Source of the DNA: Eremomyces bilateralis CBS 781.70 | Taxonomy: Eukaryota | Length of the DNA: 35,478 bases | Reading direction: 5' to 3' (one strand) | NCBI GenBank assembly: GCA_010015585.1 | Contig: ML975151.1 | Made by a program: the position numbers and the translations under genes | Notes under the pieces: model-generated | What the model saw: only the letters and a program-made list of their open reading frames with translations | Databases searched by the model: none | What the model was told of the DNA's origin: nothing | Shown: in pieces, positions 33,838 to 35,478 of the stretch | Layout of the letters: each line of letters starts with the position of its first letter | How positions within the stretch are numbered: position 1 is the stretch's first letter

Positions 33838-34868
33838 TTAAGAATCTACACTGATTACTAGCTTATCTTTTCGGTACGTCCAGTAGTTCTCTCGAATGGG
33901 GTCGTATATATTGGCCAGAAGATCCAATGCACGCTCGGCGTCCTCTATGTGCCCCAATTCTCTGAAGATATCGGCAAGCAGATCCAGTGCATGGCTTGAC
34001 CGGATCTTCTCAGGCTCGTCGATAGGAGCGAATTGCAAGACAAACCCCATGATGGCAGAGCCAGGCGTCCCTGAGTTACGCAGAATTCCTCGAAGATAGT
34101 TCCATGCGGATTCGTTTTGCGGGGCCAGTTGGATTTTCGATTTAGCGAATCTATCAGTCTGGTCAGCAGGCTGAGTTCAACGCACGTTGGATGCAACATA
34201 CTGGGTCTCACGGTTCACAATCCCTGGATCCTTCCACACACTATCATCTTGGGAAAACACCACGAACCATCTATGGTTCCACGCGGAGTTGTTCCTGATG
34301 TCTTCGTCCAACATTCGCTCGGTCTCCTCGAGCTCGCCCTTATTGAATAGGTTAAACCTCTTGACCAACCAATGCCTGTAGCTCCACACATGATAGTTCT
34401 TTGTATCCTTCTCCAACATTGTTCTGATGAATTCCTGCTCGCCCGTCGGATCATCGAGTTTGTCTACAATGGTCTGTCGATGCTGCCATATCTGGTAATT
34501 CTTCAGATACTTCAAAGCAATGGGGTTCAGCCACTCGATCTCGGAGCGTAGGTCGCGGTTTTGATCTAAGAGCACGCGAGCGCGGTACAGCCTAAAGGTA
34601 AAAGAGGTCAGCGAAGTTGCCAAATCACAAGAAGCTTGCTTGATACATACCAAACAGTGTAGTGTGCCGGATTAATTCGAATGATGTTTTCCGTCAGTGA
34701 AAGCACCCGGTCACTCAACTCGTTCGCTGCCATGAGGGCACGGAGGTAGGACATGGCTTCGCTATACTCATCGCTATAAGCAATTTGAGCGAGAGCATTG
34801 GGGCCGCCATCGAGCTGAACGATGGGCACGACATCGCTCCATGCTGGATCGGAGCCGTAGTCGACCAT
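33838..34868 (-). CDS. RAM2: Protein farnesyltransferase / geranylgeranyltransferase-I alpha subunit (~306 aa); exons 34868-34651, 34591-34202, 34150-33838
   Basis: The N-terminus reads WSDVVPI..LAQIAYSDEY. PPTA repeats are NPAHYTVW|LYR, KNYQIWQHR, KNYHVWSYR, RNNSAWNHR and QNESAWNYLRG. The C-terminus is YDPIRENYW. There are two canonical introns. Confidence 0.95.
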
Positions 34869-35478
34869 GCTGCGAGATTTGCTTAGTGAGTGGCGGTTAA
34901 GATGTAGAAGCAGCTTACTTGTTAGAAGCTGTCAGGCATCCAAGTTAATTTTTAAGTTAGCTGTGTGGTAGTGGTGTTAACAAGCCCTCTGCCGGTTGAC
35001 TGAATGCGAACACCGGATTCAGAGTTTAGGACAAGAACAATATGTGGACGGCGGGCATTCAGACCGGAACAGACATCTCCACATTCCGACCAGCACGTCA
35101 AAGAACCCGAGCAACCTTCCAGTTGTTGAACCGGCTGCGACGGAGTTTCCGGGAAAATTTATAACGTTAGGTTATTATGCGATGGAGCAGGTATTTGGTG
35201 CCGCCATGGATTCCGACAACAAAGCTGAGTGACTGCCAGCGGTTCGACATGACATGCATAGGAAGTCCGATGTGGTGGACTGGACAAGCCGCCGACAAGG
35301 TGGACTGGAAGTCGAGGTCGATTTTGGCCTTGAAGCCTTGAGGCCTTAATCCATCTTCCAGTTCTGCTTCACTTCATCCTGGCATTATCTCAGTTGGGAC
35401 TCAGCCGGCAATGGTGCCCCCTGGCCAAGATTGGGTTCCGCTATACCCAATGAAGCCCAGCTTCTTTTTTAGCGTTCC

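Noticed and set aside
34996..35478. 78-aa ORF and possible gene or ncRNA at the right edge
   Set aside because: It has a non-ATG start, stops in the frames examined, and no snRNA/snoRNA signature I could recognise. The context is truncated by the window end.

Overview
Gene-dense eukaryotic DNA from a filamentous ascomycete (Pezizomycotina-like: short GT-AG introns with CTRAY branch sites). I reconstructed 14 protein-coding genes (13 spliced, one intronless), and each exon sum is divisible by three. In order they encode: a DCR2-like metallophosphoesterase, a 4-TM MARVEL-like protein, a Trm61-family m1A methyltransferase (probably mitochondrial), a Cys-rich GPI-anchored protein, an ACS-family MFS transporter, mitoribosomal RSM23/DAP3, a HeLo-like-NACHT-ankyrin NLR, RRS1, a RhoGAP, the Rab GGTase beta subunit BET2, an uncharacterised zinc-finger protein, a FAR-17a/AIG1 protein, an L-serine dehydratase, and the FTase/GGTase-I alpha subunit RAM2. 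The most notable observations are: (1) the NLR sits between head-to-head housekeeping genes, as if inserted into a bidirectional promoter; (2) the serine dehydratase has a TAG-AAG-CAG acceptor where only the weak middle AG avoids a stop codon; (3) the zinc-finger protein carries ABBA, D-box and KEN-like APC/C motifs; (4) the RhoGAP has candidate alternative first exons; (5) several coding strands switch from C-rich at the 5' end to G-rich at the 3' end. I recognised no tRNA, rRNA, transposon or CRISPR array. All family calls come from motif recognition by eye, not database searches.
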